A DNA stretch of 64,000 nucleotides from Truepera sp. (GCA_965218435.1 CBDCKW010000009.1:1760001-1824000), one strand, 5' to 3'. Counted from the stretch's first letter, positions 9,269 through 18,828 are shown. Notes: generated by a model not told the origin, from the sequence alone. A program made the numbers and translations.

Positions 9269-11190
9269 CGGCGCTCCTGATCGCTGTGCCGCTTATGCCC
9301 TTATTAGCTGCACTTGTGATTCCTCTAGGGCAACGTCTGCCAAGCGGCTGGGTGAGCGCGGGCGCGACGGGCGTTTCATTGGCACTTTTACTCGCCCTGT
9401 TCGGGTCGCACCTCAGCATGACGGCGACATGGTTAGGGGTCGGCACTTACACCCTCACAGTTGGGCTCAGCCTGGACCCGCTTTCATATCTGCTGGCGCT
9501 CTTAGTCGCAGGCGTTGGTTTCCTCGTGGGGGTGTACGCAGTCGGGTATATGGCCGATGAACAAGGCAAGCCGCGTTTTTACAGCACCTTGTCATTTTTT
9601 ATCGGAGCGATGCTGACCCTCGTCCTCAGCAATTCGCTGGTGCTGCTGTTCGCCGCTTGGGAGAGTGTCGGGCTGGCGTCGTATCTGCTGATTGGCTTCT
9701 GGTATACCCAAACTGACGCGAAAGAAGCGGCGCGTAAAGCCTTCCTGATGACCCGCTTAGGCGATCTTGGCTTGCTGCTCGGCTGGTTACTCCTGCTCCT
9801 AACGGTTGGCACAACGGATATTCAGACCGTTTTAGGTGCGGTGGGAACAGGTTTGCCTGCAGGCATTGCCACACTCGCGGCTTTTCTCTTGCTTTTGGGA
9901 GCACTCGGTAAGAGCGCACAGCTTCCACTTACAGCTTGGCTCCCTGACGCGATGGCTGGGCCGACACCCGTGTCGGCGCTGATCCACTCGGCCACGATGG
10001 TCGCGGCGGGTGTGTATCTGCTGCTGCGCTTATTCCCACTCTACGAAGCGGCTCCGGGCATCCTCACCGTTGTGCTCTGGTTGGGCGCGCTTACGGCACT
10101 TTTTGCGGCGCTCGTCGCTACGGTGCAAACCGACCTTAAGCGCGTTTTGGCGTGGTCTACGGTGTCACAGCTCGGTGAGATGTTTTTTGCAATCGGTTTG
10201 GGCAGCGCATTTGCCGCAGCCTTTCATTTGGCAATGCACGCACTGTTTAAGTCGGTACTGTTTCTCACGGCGGGTGCGGTCGAGCATATCGTCGGCGGTT
10301 ACGACCTGCGGAAGATGGGCGGGTTGTGGCGACAGCTGCCCCTCACAGCTGGGGTGTTTGCCGCAGCGGGCTTGACGCTGGCGGGGTTTCCGCCTTTTTC
10401 TGCGTTTTGGAGTGAAGAGGCGATTTTGGCTCGAGCCGCGTCTGTTAGCCCATTTGCTGGGGCATTTTTCTTGCTGCTTATCTTTCTTGCCGGGGTGTAT
10501 ATCAGTCGGGCGGGAGTCGCAGCGTTTCTAAGTTGGCCGGGTGCGCCGAAACCAACCGAGAAAAAACCGAGCGTGTGGCTGGCTCTACCGATGCTTGTTC
10601 TGGCTGTGCTTACACTCGGCGCGGGCTGGGTATCGAAGGGGCCGCTCGAGTCCTTCCTCCCCTTTCCTCAACCGCCGGAAGCTCACACGACCTGGACGCT
10701 CTGGGCTGTCGCCGCAAGTGTTTTAGGGCTCGTCTTTGGAAGTTGGCGAACGTTGCAACATGGCCTCGTACCGACTTTTGGCAGGTTTCCGGTGGGGTTG
10801 GGGCACGGCCTCAACGTTCTGACCTCTACGCCCGTGACGATAGTGCATACGGTTTCGGCAGGTGTAAACGGGCTCGAGCACACCCTTGATGCTTTCGTCA
10901 GACAGCTTGCAAGCGGCACTCTTATGCTAACGGGCAGCCTAAACCGTGCTGAGAGTAGCTTTGATAGGGGGGCTCGAGGTTTCGCGTCTATAACTCTAAG
11001 AACTGCTACCGGAACCGAGAAAGCTGAACAAAGGGGATTCTCAAGAGGTGGCGACGCTTTCGCACGCCTCTTCAGCCGTTCCGGGCAGCGGCTACGCACC
11101 ACTGAGAGCGGCAAACTTTATCTTTATACGCTTGTCCTGTTCGTCTGGGTCGCAGGGGTCGTCGTCGGAGGCGTGCTGCTGTGGTGGTAA
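9265..11190 (+). CDS. nuoL: NADH-quinone oxidoreductase subunit L / MrpA-like antiporter subunit
   Basis: WESVGLASYLLIGFW, GKSAQLPL..WLPDAMAGPTPVSALIHSATMV. Confidence 0.93.
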   Translation: MTALLIAVPLMPLLAALVIPLGQRLPSGWVSAGATGVSLALLLALFGSHLSMTATWLGVGTYTLTVGLSLDPLSYLLALLVAGVGFLVGVYAVGYMADEQGKPRFYSTLSFFIGAMLTLVLSNSLVLLFAAWESVGLASYLLIGFWYTQTDAKEAARKAFLMTRLGDLGLLLGWLLLLLTVGTTDIQTVLGAVGTGLPAGIATLAAFLLLLGALGKSAQLPLTAWLPDAMAGPTPVSALIHSATMVAAGVYLLLRLFPLYEAAPGILTVVLWLGALTALFAALVATVQTDLKRVLAWSTVSQLGEMFFAIGLGSAFAAAFHLAMHALFKSVLFLTAGAVEHIVGGYDLRKMGGLWRQLPLTAGVFAAAGLTLAGFPPFSAFWSEEAILARAASVSPFAGAFFLLLIFLAGVYISRAGVAAFLSWPGAPKPTEKKPSVWLALPMLVLAVLTLGAGWVSKGPLESFLPFPQPPEAHTTWTLWAVAASVLGLVFGSWRTLQHGLVPTFGRFPVGLGHGLNVLTSTPVTIVHTVSAGVNGLEHTLDAFVRQLASGTLMLTGSLNRAESSFDRGARGFASITLRTATGTEKAEQRGFSRGGDAFARLFSRSGQRLRTTESGKLYLYTLVLFVWVAGVVVGGVLLWW

Positions 11191-11221
11191 CGAAATCTAA
11201 AACGCTCATTGCGGGGGCATC

Positions 11222-12691
11222 ATGCTGAGTATCACCATTTTTTTACCGCTCCTGACGGGGCTCGTCGTCCTAGCCTTACCCAATGTCCGGGCAATACGCT
11301 GGACGGCCCTCGCCGGGTCGCTGCTGACGCTCCTTTTCACGCTTATTTTGTGGGCGGGCTATAACCCAACCGGTTCACAGCTTCAGTGGCACGCGGCGGC
11401 TCCGTGGATTCCAAGTATTGGGGCGAGTTACGACTTGGCGGTTACCGGTCTTTCGCTCCCACTTATGGTTCTCACCGCGCTGCTGCTCAGCCTGACGATG
11501 GTTTATGTGTTGCCCGAGCACGACCGGGCGAAAGCGCACGCGTTTTTGTTCCTGCTGATGGGCACAGGGTTACTCGGTCTGTTCGGGGCTCGAGACCTGC
11601 TCCTCTTCTACCTTTTTTTCGAGGTTGCCCTCGTCCCGATGTACTTTATCGTCGGCATCTGGGGGGGCGAGAACCGGCGGTACGCCGCGCTCAAGTTCTT
11701 TCTCTATACCCGCGTCGGCAGCCTCGCCATGCTGCTGAGCTTTTTGGCACTCTATCTGGCAAGCGGCCGCAGCTTTTCACTCGCTGAGATCAGCACAGCG
11801 CAACCCTTTGCGGGTTCAGGGACCGGATTTTGGGTCTTTTTGGGCTTACTGCTCGGTTTCGGCGTAAAACTGCCGACGGTGCCGCTCCACAACTGGCTCC
11901 CCGATGCCCACGTCGAAGCGCCGACCGAGGGCAGCGTGATGCTCGCCGGAATTCAGCTCAAGATGGGCGCGTACGGCTTTTTAGCCATTATGCTGCCAAC
12001 CTTGCCCGACACGGTGCGGCAATACGCCTGGCTCCTGATGCTCTTGGCGCTGGTGTCGCTCGTTTACGGCGCGCTAGCGGCGCTCGCGCAGAGCGACCTC
12101 AAACGGCTGATCGCCTACACCTCGGTCAATCACATGGGTTTTGTGCTTCTAGGGGTGGCGGTGTGGGGGCTCTCGAGTGACCCCGGCGTCCGGCAGCTCG
12201 CCCTGAGCGGCGCGGTGTTGCAGACCATCAGCCACGGGCTTTTGACGGGCGGGATGTTCTTTCTGGCAGGGATTTTGCAGCATCAGGCAGGCACACGGGA
12301 GCTGGCGCGTTTTGGCGGACTACTGGGAAAGGTGCCGGGATACAGCGGTCTTTTGGGCCTCTTGGCGTTTGGTTCGTTGGGATTACCGGGGCTTTCGGGT
12401 TTCGTCGCCGAGTTTCAGGTCATCGGCGCAACCTTGTCGGTCAATATCTGGTTCGCGCTGGTCGCGGTTTTGGGGCTGATCATCTCGACGGCGCTCTACC
12501 TCAAGGTGTTGACTGCTCTGCTGATGGGCACGCCGCCTGACGATATGCCCACGGTGCGTGAGCTGAATCCGCGTGAGGCGACCGCTGTGATTCCGCTGGC
12601 TGTTCTGTCGCTGACGATTGGGTTGCTACCGGGACCATTTTTACGCGTGTTGGGGACAACTGTTCGCGCTCTAGCTCGGCTCGGAAGCTAG
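11222..12691 (+). CDS. nuoM: NADH-quinone oxidoreductase subunit M
   Basis: FFEVALVPMY, KLPTVPLHNWLPDAHVEAPT, KMGAYG, GFVAEF. Confidence 0.94.
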   Translation: MLSITIFLPLLTGLVVLALPNVRAIRWTALAGSLLTLLFTLILWAGYNPTGSQLQWHAAAPWIPSIGASYDLAVTGLSLPLMVLTALLLSLTMVYVLPEHDRAKAHAFLFLLMGTGLLGLFGARDLLLFYLFFEVALVPMYFIVGIWGGENRRYAALKFFLYTRVGSLAMLLSFLALYLASGRSFSLAEISTAQPFAGSGTGFWVFLGLLLGFGVKLPTVPLHNWLPDAHVEAPTEGSVMLAGIQLKMGAYGFLAIMLPTLPDTVRQYAWLLMLLALVSLVYGALAALAQSDLKRLIAYTSVNHMGFVLLGVAVWGLSSDPGVRQLALSGAVLQTISHGLLTGGMFFLAGILQHQAGTRELARFGGLLGKVPGYSGLLGLLAFGSLGLPGLSGFVAEFQVIGATLSVNIWFALVAVLGLIISTALYLKVLTALLMGTPPDDMPTVRELNPREATAVIPLAVLSLTIGLLPGPFLRVLGTTVRALARLGS

Positions 12692-12695
12692 CGAG

Positions 12696-14135
12696 ATGGA
12701 GTGCATGGACCTCTGGGCCATCGTCCCAGAGCTGATCTTAGCTGGTTTCGCGCTGCTACTCGTCCCGGTTGCCGGTCTGAGCAAAGGACGCGGGCAAAAC
12801 GTCGTGGTGTTTTTAGCGGTGTGCGGGCTTATCGCGGCGACTGTGTTTAGCGTACGGATGCTCCTCTGGAGAGACCAAGCCGTCTTTTGCGGGACCTACG
12901 CCGTAGACGGTTTCGGTACGGTGTTTAAGCTTCTGATTTTGTTCGGGGCACTCCTGTCACTTTTGGCTATCGGCGCACATTTCCGGGGGACGGGCAAAGA
13001 AGGACACGCCGCCGTCGCCTTGCTCTTTTCGACCCTGGGCGGGGTGTTGGCGGCCTCGAGCCTTGACTTAGGTCTCATCGTGCTCTTTTTACAGCTGCTC
13101 AGCATGGCCTCGTACATCTTAGTGGCGCTGGTACGAACCAATAGGGAGGCAAACGAGGCGGCGCTCAAATACTTTATCTACGGGGCGGTGGCGCTGGCGG
13201 TGATGGCTTACGGGCTTTCGTTTTTGTACGGCCTCACTGGAAGCCTCTCACTACCGGCAATTGGAGGAAGCTTGCGCAGTGCCGATGGCGTCTGGGTGGC
13301 GCTCGCCTTTGGTTTTGTCTTGATCGGCTACGCCTTTGAGATTACGGCGGTGCCCTTTCACTTCTGGGCACCCGACGTATACACCGGCGCTTCTGCGCCC
13401 GTCACCGGGTTTTTGTCGGTTGTACCTAAACTGGCGGGCTTTGCGGCGCTCTTGCGGTTTCTCCTCGTCGCGCTCCCCGGCGGTATGGCGGCGTGGCCGC
13501 TCGCGGTGGCGATTTTGGCCGCTCTCACCATGACGCTCGGCAATCTAGTTGCCTTGCGGCAAACACGGCTCAAACGGCTGTTGGCTTACTCGAGCATCGC
13601 CCAAGCGGGGTATGTGCTGATGGCCGCGGCCGTTTCTGAGCGCGTACCCTCAGCTCTGGGCGCCGCTGGCTACTACCTGCTCGCGTACTCCCTGATGAAT
13701 CTCGGAGCGTTCGTGGTGGCGGCGCAGCTCGAGCGCCTCACCGGGAGCGACGAATTACGGGGCTTGCGGGGTCTGGGCCAACGCTCGCCGCTGGCGGCTG
13801 TGGGCCTCACCTTGTCCCTTTTATCCCTGGCGGGTATTCCGCCGCTCGCAGGGTTTGCCGGGAAGGTACTCCTCTTAGACGTCACCCTCTCCGGTGGTCT
13901 AACCTGGCTGGCCGTCGTCGGTGTATTGAACTTCGCTGTGGCGCTCTACTACTACCTCTTGCCGATTGTTGAGATGTACCTGCGTGCGCCGGAAACCACA
14001 GACCGTGTTCCTAATTGGCCGGGGTATCTCGTGGCGCTCGGCGTCAGCGTTTTCGGCACGCTTTTGATCGGTATCTTGCCAAGCACCGTACTCAGCGTGA
14101 CGCAGCACCTCTCGAGGGTTTTTAACAAAGGCTAA
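12696..14135 (+). CDS. nuoN: NADH-quinone oxidoreductase subunit N
   Basis: EAALKYF, PFHFWAPDVYTGA, KRLLAYSSIAQAGY, GIPPLAGFAGK. Confidence 0.93.
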   Translation: MECMDLWAIVPELILAGFALLLVPVAGLSKGRGQNVVVFLAVCGLIAATVFSVRMLLWRDQAVFCGTYAVDGFGTVFKLLILFGALLSLLAIGAHFRGTGKEGHAAVALLFSTLGGVLAASSLDLGLIVLFLQLLSMASYILVALVRTNREANEAALKYFIYGAVALAVMAYGLSFLYGLTGSLSLPAIGGSLRSADGVWVALAFGFVLIGYAFEITAVPFHFWAPDVYTGASAPVTGFLSVVPKLAGFAALLRFLLVALPGGMAAWPLAVAILAALTMTLGNLVALRQTRLKRLLAYSSIAQAGYVLMAAAVSERVPSALGAAGYYLLAYSLMNLGAFVVAAQLERLTGSDELRGLRGLGQRSPLAAVGLTLSLLSLAGIPPLAGFAGKVLLLDVTLSGGLTWLAVVGVLNFAVALYYYLLPIVEMYLRAPETTDRVPNWPGYLVALGVSVFGTLLIGILPSTVLSVTQHLSRVFNKG

Positions 14136-14261
14136 GACACCTCGCTTCAAAGTGCTAGACGGCCGTGACAAAGGAGTGTTTTTAGAAAGGTTTCCGGCAC
14201 TTGGGTGCTACTTTACTTTTATCCCTTACGTTTTGCGGCGACTACCCGGTGCGGGGTTCTG

Positions 14262-14293
14262 GTTCTTACCGTGCCAAGTTCTTACCGTGCCAA
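14262..14293 (+). repeat. Perfect 16-bp tandem duplication
   Basis: gttcttaccgtgccaa x2. Confidence 0.9.
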
Positions 14294-14319
14294 GTAGAGC
14301 AGACCCCGTAAACTAAGGG

Positions 14320-14460
14320 ATGACCCCCGCCGCGCCGATCGCCGAATGGGAGCAAGTGACTACTGAGAATGTCGCCACTCAAAGCCACTTTTCAAGCTTC
14401 TATTGTCGTTTGACTAAATCAAAAGCTTGTATCTATCTGGCTTGTAAGGGTGCCTTGTGA
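14320..14460 (+). CDS. Putative 46-aa leaderless ORF overlapping the R-M gene start
   Basis: TAAACT 5 nt before ATG; open to TGA forming a GTGA overlap with 14457. Confidence 0.35.
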   Translation: MTPAAPIAEWEQVTTENVATQSHFSSFYCRLTKSKACIYLACKGAL

Positions 14461-17400
14461 CCTTTGACGAGTACCAAGCCAGCCTCGAGGCCGACTTTAA
14501 GCGAGGCAACGCTACCGAACACACCTATAGGGGCACCTTAAAAGCGTTGCTCGAGTCTAAGTTTCCGGGCATCGTCGCCACGAACGAACCCAAACGCATT
14601 TCTGCAGGCGCACCCGATTACGTCATCTCTCGAGGCGAAACCCCGCTGGGTTACATCGAAGCTAAAGACTTAGGCCGTTTAGACAACCCGACCGACCGGG
14701 AAAAAGAGCAGCTGGGGCGCTACCTCGGCAGTTTAGGCAACCTCATCTATACGGACTACTTAGAGTTTCGCTGGTTTGTCGAAGGACAGCACCGCTTGAC
14801 CGCACGGCTGGCAAGTATCAACGGCAAAGGGTTACGGGTAGAGCCTGACGGCGCACAAAACCTCGAGATGCTACTCAAGGGCTTTTTAGGCGTCACAGCC
14901 CCAACGATTAAGAGCCCGTCAGCCCTAGCCCGCAAGATGGCCGCGTTAGCCCAACAGATACGGCACACCATCTTAGGGGCGTTTAACGCCGAAGACTTAA
15001 CAGACGACCATCCCGACCCGCTGCACGACCAGTACCAGGCGTTCCGGGAAGTCTTACTCTCTGATTTGACCCCCACACAGTTTGCCGACATGTACGCCCA
15101 GACCATCACCTACGGGATGTTTGCTGCCCGCACGAGTCCGAACTTTACGCCGCCCTTTACCCGGTACAAAGCAGCGTATGACATCCCGAAGACCAATCCC
15201 TTTTTACGCACCGTGTTTCGGCAGATGGTCGGGCCGGAACTCGAGTCCAGTGTGGACTGGATTGTAGACGATTTAGTCAACCTCTTAGCGCACGCTGATA
15301 TTGGCGCTATCTTGCAAGACTTTGGCACCCGGACTCGTACTGAAGACCCGGTAGTCCATTTTTACGAAACGTTCCTAGCCGCGTATGACCCCAAGATGCG
15401 CGAGGCGAGAGGCGTCTACTACACCCCTGAGCCGGTGGTCTCTTACATCGTCAGAAGTGTTGACCATATCCTTAAAAAAGACTTTGGGCTTAGAGACGGG
15501 TTAGCCGACACCTCAAAAGTAAGAGTGATAGACCCTGAACAGCGCAGCCAAAAAGACCGTAAGACCAAAGACGTGCACAAGGTGCAAATCCTCGACCCGG
15601 CGACCGGCACGGCGACGTTTTTACATGCGGTCATAGACCAAATCCACAGCACCATTGTCGGACAGACCGGCGGGAACAAGGGGCTGTGGTCGGGGTACGT
15701 GAAGAATCACCTGTTGCCCCGGTTACACGGGTTTGAGTTATTGATGGCTCCCTATACCGTGGCGCATATGAAGCTGGGGTTGCAGCTCGCTGAACTCGGT
15801 TATGACTTCGACTCTAACGAACGGCTCAAGATTTACCTGACGAACGCTTTAGAAGAGGCGCACCAGTTTCCGAGTTTGCCGCTGTTTGGGCAGGCCATCG
15901 CCAGAGAGAGCCAAGAGGCGGGGCAGGTCAAGCAAGATGCGCCGGTGATGGTGGTGCTAGGGAACCCGCCGTATTCCTATGCGTCTTCAAACAACGGTGA
16001 ATGGATTAGCAAAATCATCAGAGACTACTACACTGTAGACGGGCAACCGCTAGGTGAACGCAACCCTAGAGGCTTGCAAGACGACTATGTAAAGTTCCTT
16101 CGCTTTTCTCAATGGCGCATTGAGCAGACGGGCTACGGCGTTCTGGGGTTTGTTACTGCTCACGGCTATCTGGACAACCCGACCTTTAGAGGGATGCGTC
16201 AAAGCTTGATGAATACCTTCGATGACCTTTATGTGCTTGACCTTCACGGCAATAGCAATAAGAAGGAGCGCACCCCGGACGGCGGCAAAGACGAAAATGT
16301 GTTCGACATCATGCAAGGTGTGTCCATCGGCATCTTTATCAAAAAGCCGAGCAGCTTAGAGAAGCGGGTATACAAGGCTGACCTTTACGGCTCGAGGGCA
16401 GACAAGTACAAAACCTTGTGGGAAAGCGACATTTCAAAAACTGAGTGGAAAGAGGTAAATCCGCAAACACCTTTTTACCTTTTCGCTTCCCAACAAGAAG
16501 ACATCTGGGACGAATACAAAGTATGGAACAAAATCACTGAGATAATGCTTACCCACTCAGTTGGCATCTTGACCTCAAGAGATGAACTAACAATTAAGTT
16601 CAGCCAAGAAGAGGTACTTCGCACAGTGAAAGATTTTATTAAGCTCTCCGAGGAAGATGTTCGACGCACATTCAATCTTCCAGAAGACAGTAGGGACTGG
16701 AAAATCTCTTATGCTCAAGAAGATTTGAGAAATAGCAAGATAAGTGATGCGAACGTGCTGCCCATATCCTATCGGCCATTTGATACGAAATATACCTACT
16801 TCACGGGAAAGTCTAGAGGCTTTCATAGCACTCCAAGAACGAATGTGATGAAACACATGCGGCGTGATAACCTTGCGCTGCTAACGAGCAGATTGACTAA
16901 GGGTGAGAAATTTGCTCATGCCTTGGCTACAAAGCATTTATCTGAGAAGATTTTACTTTCTGCTAAAACCTCAAATAATAGCTTTCATTTTCCACTCTAC
17001 CTCTACCCAGACACCTCTAACCTCTTTGACATCGGCGTGCGCCGCCCCAACCTCGCACCGGAGTTCACCGCAGAGTTTGCCGAGAAGGTGGGGCTCGAGT
17101 TTATAGGAGACGGCCAAGGCGACCTGACAAGTACCTTTGGCCCTGAAGACGTGTTTCACTACATCTACGCGGTGTTTCACGCGCCCAGCTACCGGGAACG
17201 CTACGCCGAATTTCTTAAGATTGACTTTCCACGGGTGCCGCTCACGAGTAGCTTGGGGCTATTCCGCACGCTCACTGCTTACGGTGAAACACTGGTAGCA
17301 CTGCACCTCATGGAACGAGTCGGCAGTCCGATCAGCAGCTACCCGGTAGACGGGGACAACATCGTAGACAAGGTGAGCTTTTCTGAGAACGAAGACGGTA

Positions 17401-17645
17401 AGACGGGGCGCGTCTACCTCAACCAGACGCAATACTTTGATGGGGTGCCGGTAAAGGTTTGGAACTTTTACGTGGGTGGGTATCAGGTGTGTCAAAAGTG
17501 GCTTAAAGACCGCAAGGGGCGCACGCTTTCGTATGACGACCTGCGGCACTACGGCTTTATCGTTTCGGCACTGTTTGAAACCATCGGCGTGATGGGTGAG
17601 GTTGATACGGCGATAGAAGGGGCTGGAGGGTGGCCTTTAGCTTAG
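14457..17645 (+). CDS. Single-chain restriction-modification enzyme (type IIG / ISP-like; nuclease + N6-adenine MTase + TRD)
   Basis: N-terminal PD...IEAK nuclease motif, GVYYTPEPVV, LDPATGTATFL (SAM), GNPPY (catalytic), C-terminal GGYQVCQKWLKDRK; no helicase domain. Confidence 0.9.
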   Translation: MTFDEYQASLEADFKRGNATEHTYRGTLKALLESKFPGIVATNEPKRISAGAPDYVISRGETPLGYIEAKDLGRLDNPTDREKEQLGRYLGSLGNLIYTDYLEFRWFVEGQHRLTARLASINGKGLRVEPDGAQNLEMLLKGFLGVTAPTIKSPSALARKMAALAQQIRHTILGAFNAEDLTDDHPDPLHDQYQAFREVLLSDLTPTQFADMYAQTITYGMFAARTSPNFTPPFTRYKAAYDIPKTNPFLRTVFRQMVGPELESSVDWIVDDLVNLLAHADIGAILQDFGTRTRTEDPVVHFYETFLAAYDPKMREARGVYYTPEPVVSYIVRSVDHILKKDFGLRDGLADTSKVRVIDPEQRSQKDRKTKDVHKVQILDPATGTATFLHAVIDQIHSTIVGQTGGNKGLWSGYVKNHLLPRLHGFELLMAPYTVAHMKLGLQLAELGYDFDSNERLKIYLTNALEEAHQFPSLPLFGQAIARESQEAGQVKQDAPVMVVLGNPPYSYASSNNGEWISKIIRDYYTVDGQPLGERNPRGLQDDYVKFLRFSQWRIEQTGYGVLGFVTAHGYLDNPTFRGMRQSLMNTFDDLYVLDLHGNSNKKERTPDGGKDENVFDIMQGVSIGIFIKKPSSLEKRVYKADLYGSRADKYKTLWESDISKTEWKEVNPQTPFYLFASQQEDIWDEYKVWNKITEIMLTHSVGILTSRDELTIKFSQEEVLRTVKDFIKLSEEDVRRTFNLPEDSRDWKISYAQEDLRNSKISDANVLPISYRPFDTKYTYFTGKSRGFHSTPRTNVMKHMRRDNLALLTSRLTKGEKFAHALATKHLSEKILLSAKTSNNSFHFPLYLYPDTSNLFDIGVRRPNLAPEFTAEFAEKVGLEFIGDGQGDLTSTFGPEDVFHYIYAVFHAPSYRERYAEFLKIDFPRVPLTSSLGLFRTLTAYGETLVALHLMERVGSPISSYPVDGDNIVDKVSFSENEDGKTGRVYLNQTQYFDGVPVKVWNFYVGGYQVCQKWLKDRKGRTLSYDDLRHYGFIVSALFETIGVMGEVDTAIEGAGGWPLA

Positions 17646-17785
17646 CGTCCGCAAGTAAGGCTCGAGGCGGCTGCCTACCAGCTGCACGTCTGCTCTTTGG
17701 GGCGTTACCGGCTTATGCTTGATAAAATCTGGTAAAGAATTTTAGGACGTCCTCGAGATAGTTTTGCAGCACCTGCCAAAGCAAC

Positions 17786-17813
17786 AGCCCCGCTGAGCGC
17801 GGGCTTCTTTTTT
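17786..17813 (+). terminator. Intrinsic terminator
   Basis: agccc-cgctgagcgc-gggct followed by a T-tract. Confidence 0.6.
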
Positions 17814-17834
17814 GCGTGCTGCACGTGCTTTTTC

Positions 17835-17909
17835 TGGTGGGCGGTATAGGGATTGAACCTACGACCCCTCGCGTGTGAAGCGAGTGCTCTCCCGCTGAGC
17901 TAACCGCCC
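17835..17909 (-). tRNA. tRNA-Val(CAC)
   Basis: GGGCGGTTAGCTCAG...CTCGC-TTCACAC-GCGAG...GGTTCAATCC...CCGCCCACCA; encoded CCA. Confidence 0.97.
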
Positions 17910-17923
17910 GGACTGAGCACATC

Positions 17924-17953
17924 AGCATACTAAAACCCTCTAAACGAAGTCAA
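17924..17953 (-). promoter_or_regulatory. tRNA promoter
   Basis: TTGACT-18 bp-TATGCT on the minus strand. Confidence 0.55.
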
Positions 17954-18052
17954 GAAAACGTCGGCAAAATTTCTGCGAGTTTACGCCTTTCGGGTTAAAC
18001 CGGGCTAAACTTTAACCGTGGGTCCATTTTTATACAAACTGAGCGTCCCGCA

Positions 18053-18475
18053 ATGAGCGCAACCGGGGCTTCGCCTGACACAGCTCTCTTCGTGGTGGCT
18101 GCTGCGGTCGTCGTCCGGCGAGGTAATACTTTGCTCGCTATGCGCCGCGCCCTTACCAAAGACGCCGGTCCGGGACTGTGGGAGACGCTTTCAGGGCGCG
18201 TCGAGGTCGGTGAGACGCCGCTCGAGACCGCCGCCAGAGAAGTTTTAGAGGAGTGTGGCCTGAGGGTCACCTTAGACCCACGCCCCGTGACCTGCTACCC
18301 TGGGGCGCACTTGGGGCTCCCAATGATCGTGATCGTTTACGCCGCCGCTTATCTTTCGGGTGAGGTGACCTTGAGCCGTGAGCACGACCGTTATCTTTGG
18401 CTCTCCCCTGACGCGTTTGCCGAGCTTAGCACCCTCATGCCCCTCGTCCGGGCGGTACACTTAGCCTTTAGATAA
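18053..18475 (+). CDS. NUDIX hydrolase
   Basis: Nudix box GRVEVGETPLETAAREVLEECG. Confidence 0.93.
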   Translation: MSATGASPDTALFVVAAAVVVRRGNTLLAMRRALTKDAGPGLWETLSGRVEVGETPLETAAREVLEECGLRVTLDPRPVTCYPGAHLGLPMIVIVYAAAYLSGEVTLSREHDRYLWLSPDAFAELSTLMPLVRAVHLAFR

Positions 18476-18496
18476 CTTTAGCCTAGAGGAGACCTG

Positions 18497-18823
18497 ATGA
18501 TCATCTCGACAACTTCGGTTTTAAGCGGCAAAGAAGTCACCGACTACCACGGCTTAGTGAGCGGTGAGGCGATTTTAGGCGCGAACATCTTTCGTGATTT
18601 TTTTGCGGGCATCAGAGATATTGTCGGTGGGCGGAGCGGCGCGTATGAACGTGCTTTACGCGAGGCGAAAGATATCGCCGTTCGGGAGATGGAAGACGAG
18701 GCGCAGCGGCTCGGGGCCAACGCGGTCATCGGCGTTGACTTAGACTATGAAAGCATCACCACGGGCAACGGCGGCGGAATGCTGATGGTGTCGGCCAGTG
18801 GTACGGCCGTCACGGTTCGTTAG
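18497..18823 (+). CDS. YbjQ/UPF0145 family protein
   Basis: [24 protein letters not shown]...[13 protein letters not shown]. Confidence 0.95.
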   Translation: MIISTTSVLSGKEVTDYHGLVSGEAILGANIFRDFFAGIRDIVGGRSGAYERALREAKDIAVREMEDEAQRLGANAVIGVDLDYESITTGNGGGMLMVSASGTAVTVR

Positions 18824-18828
18824 GCTTT

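Noticed and set aside
14457..17645. R-M enzyme as the cause of CTCGAG enrichment
   Set aside because: Such enzymes usually recognise asymmetric sites, and restriction tends to deplete sites; no evidence for this specificity
5900..17835. tRNA-Val-anchored integrative island carrying nuo-like and R-M genes
   Set aside because: No integrase and no duplicated tRNA 3' end seen; the nuo region has host-like CTCGAG density
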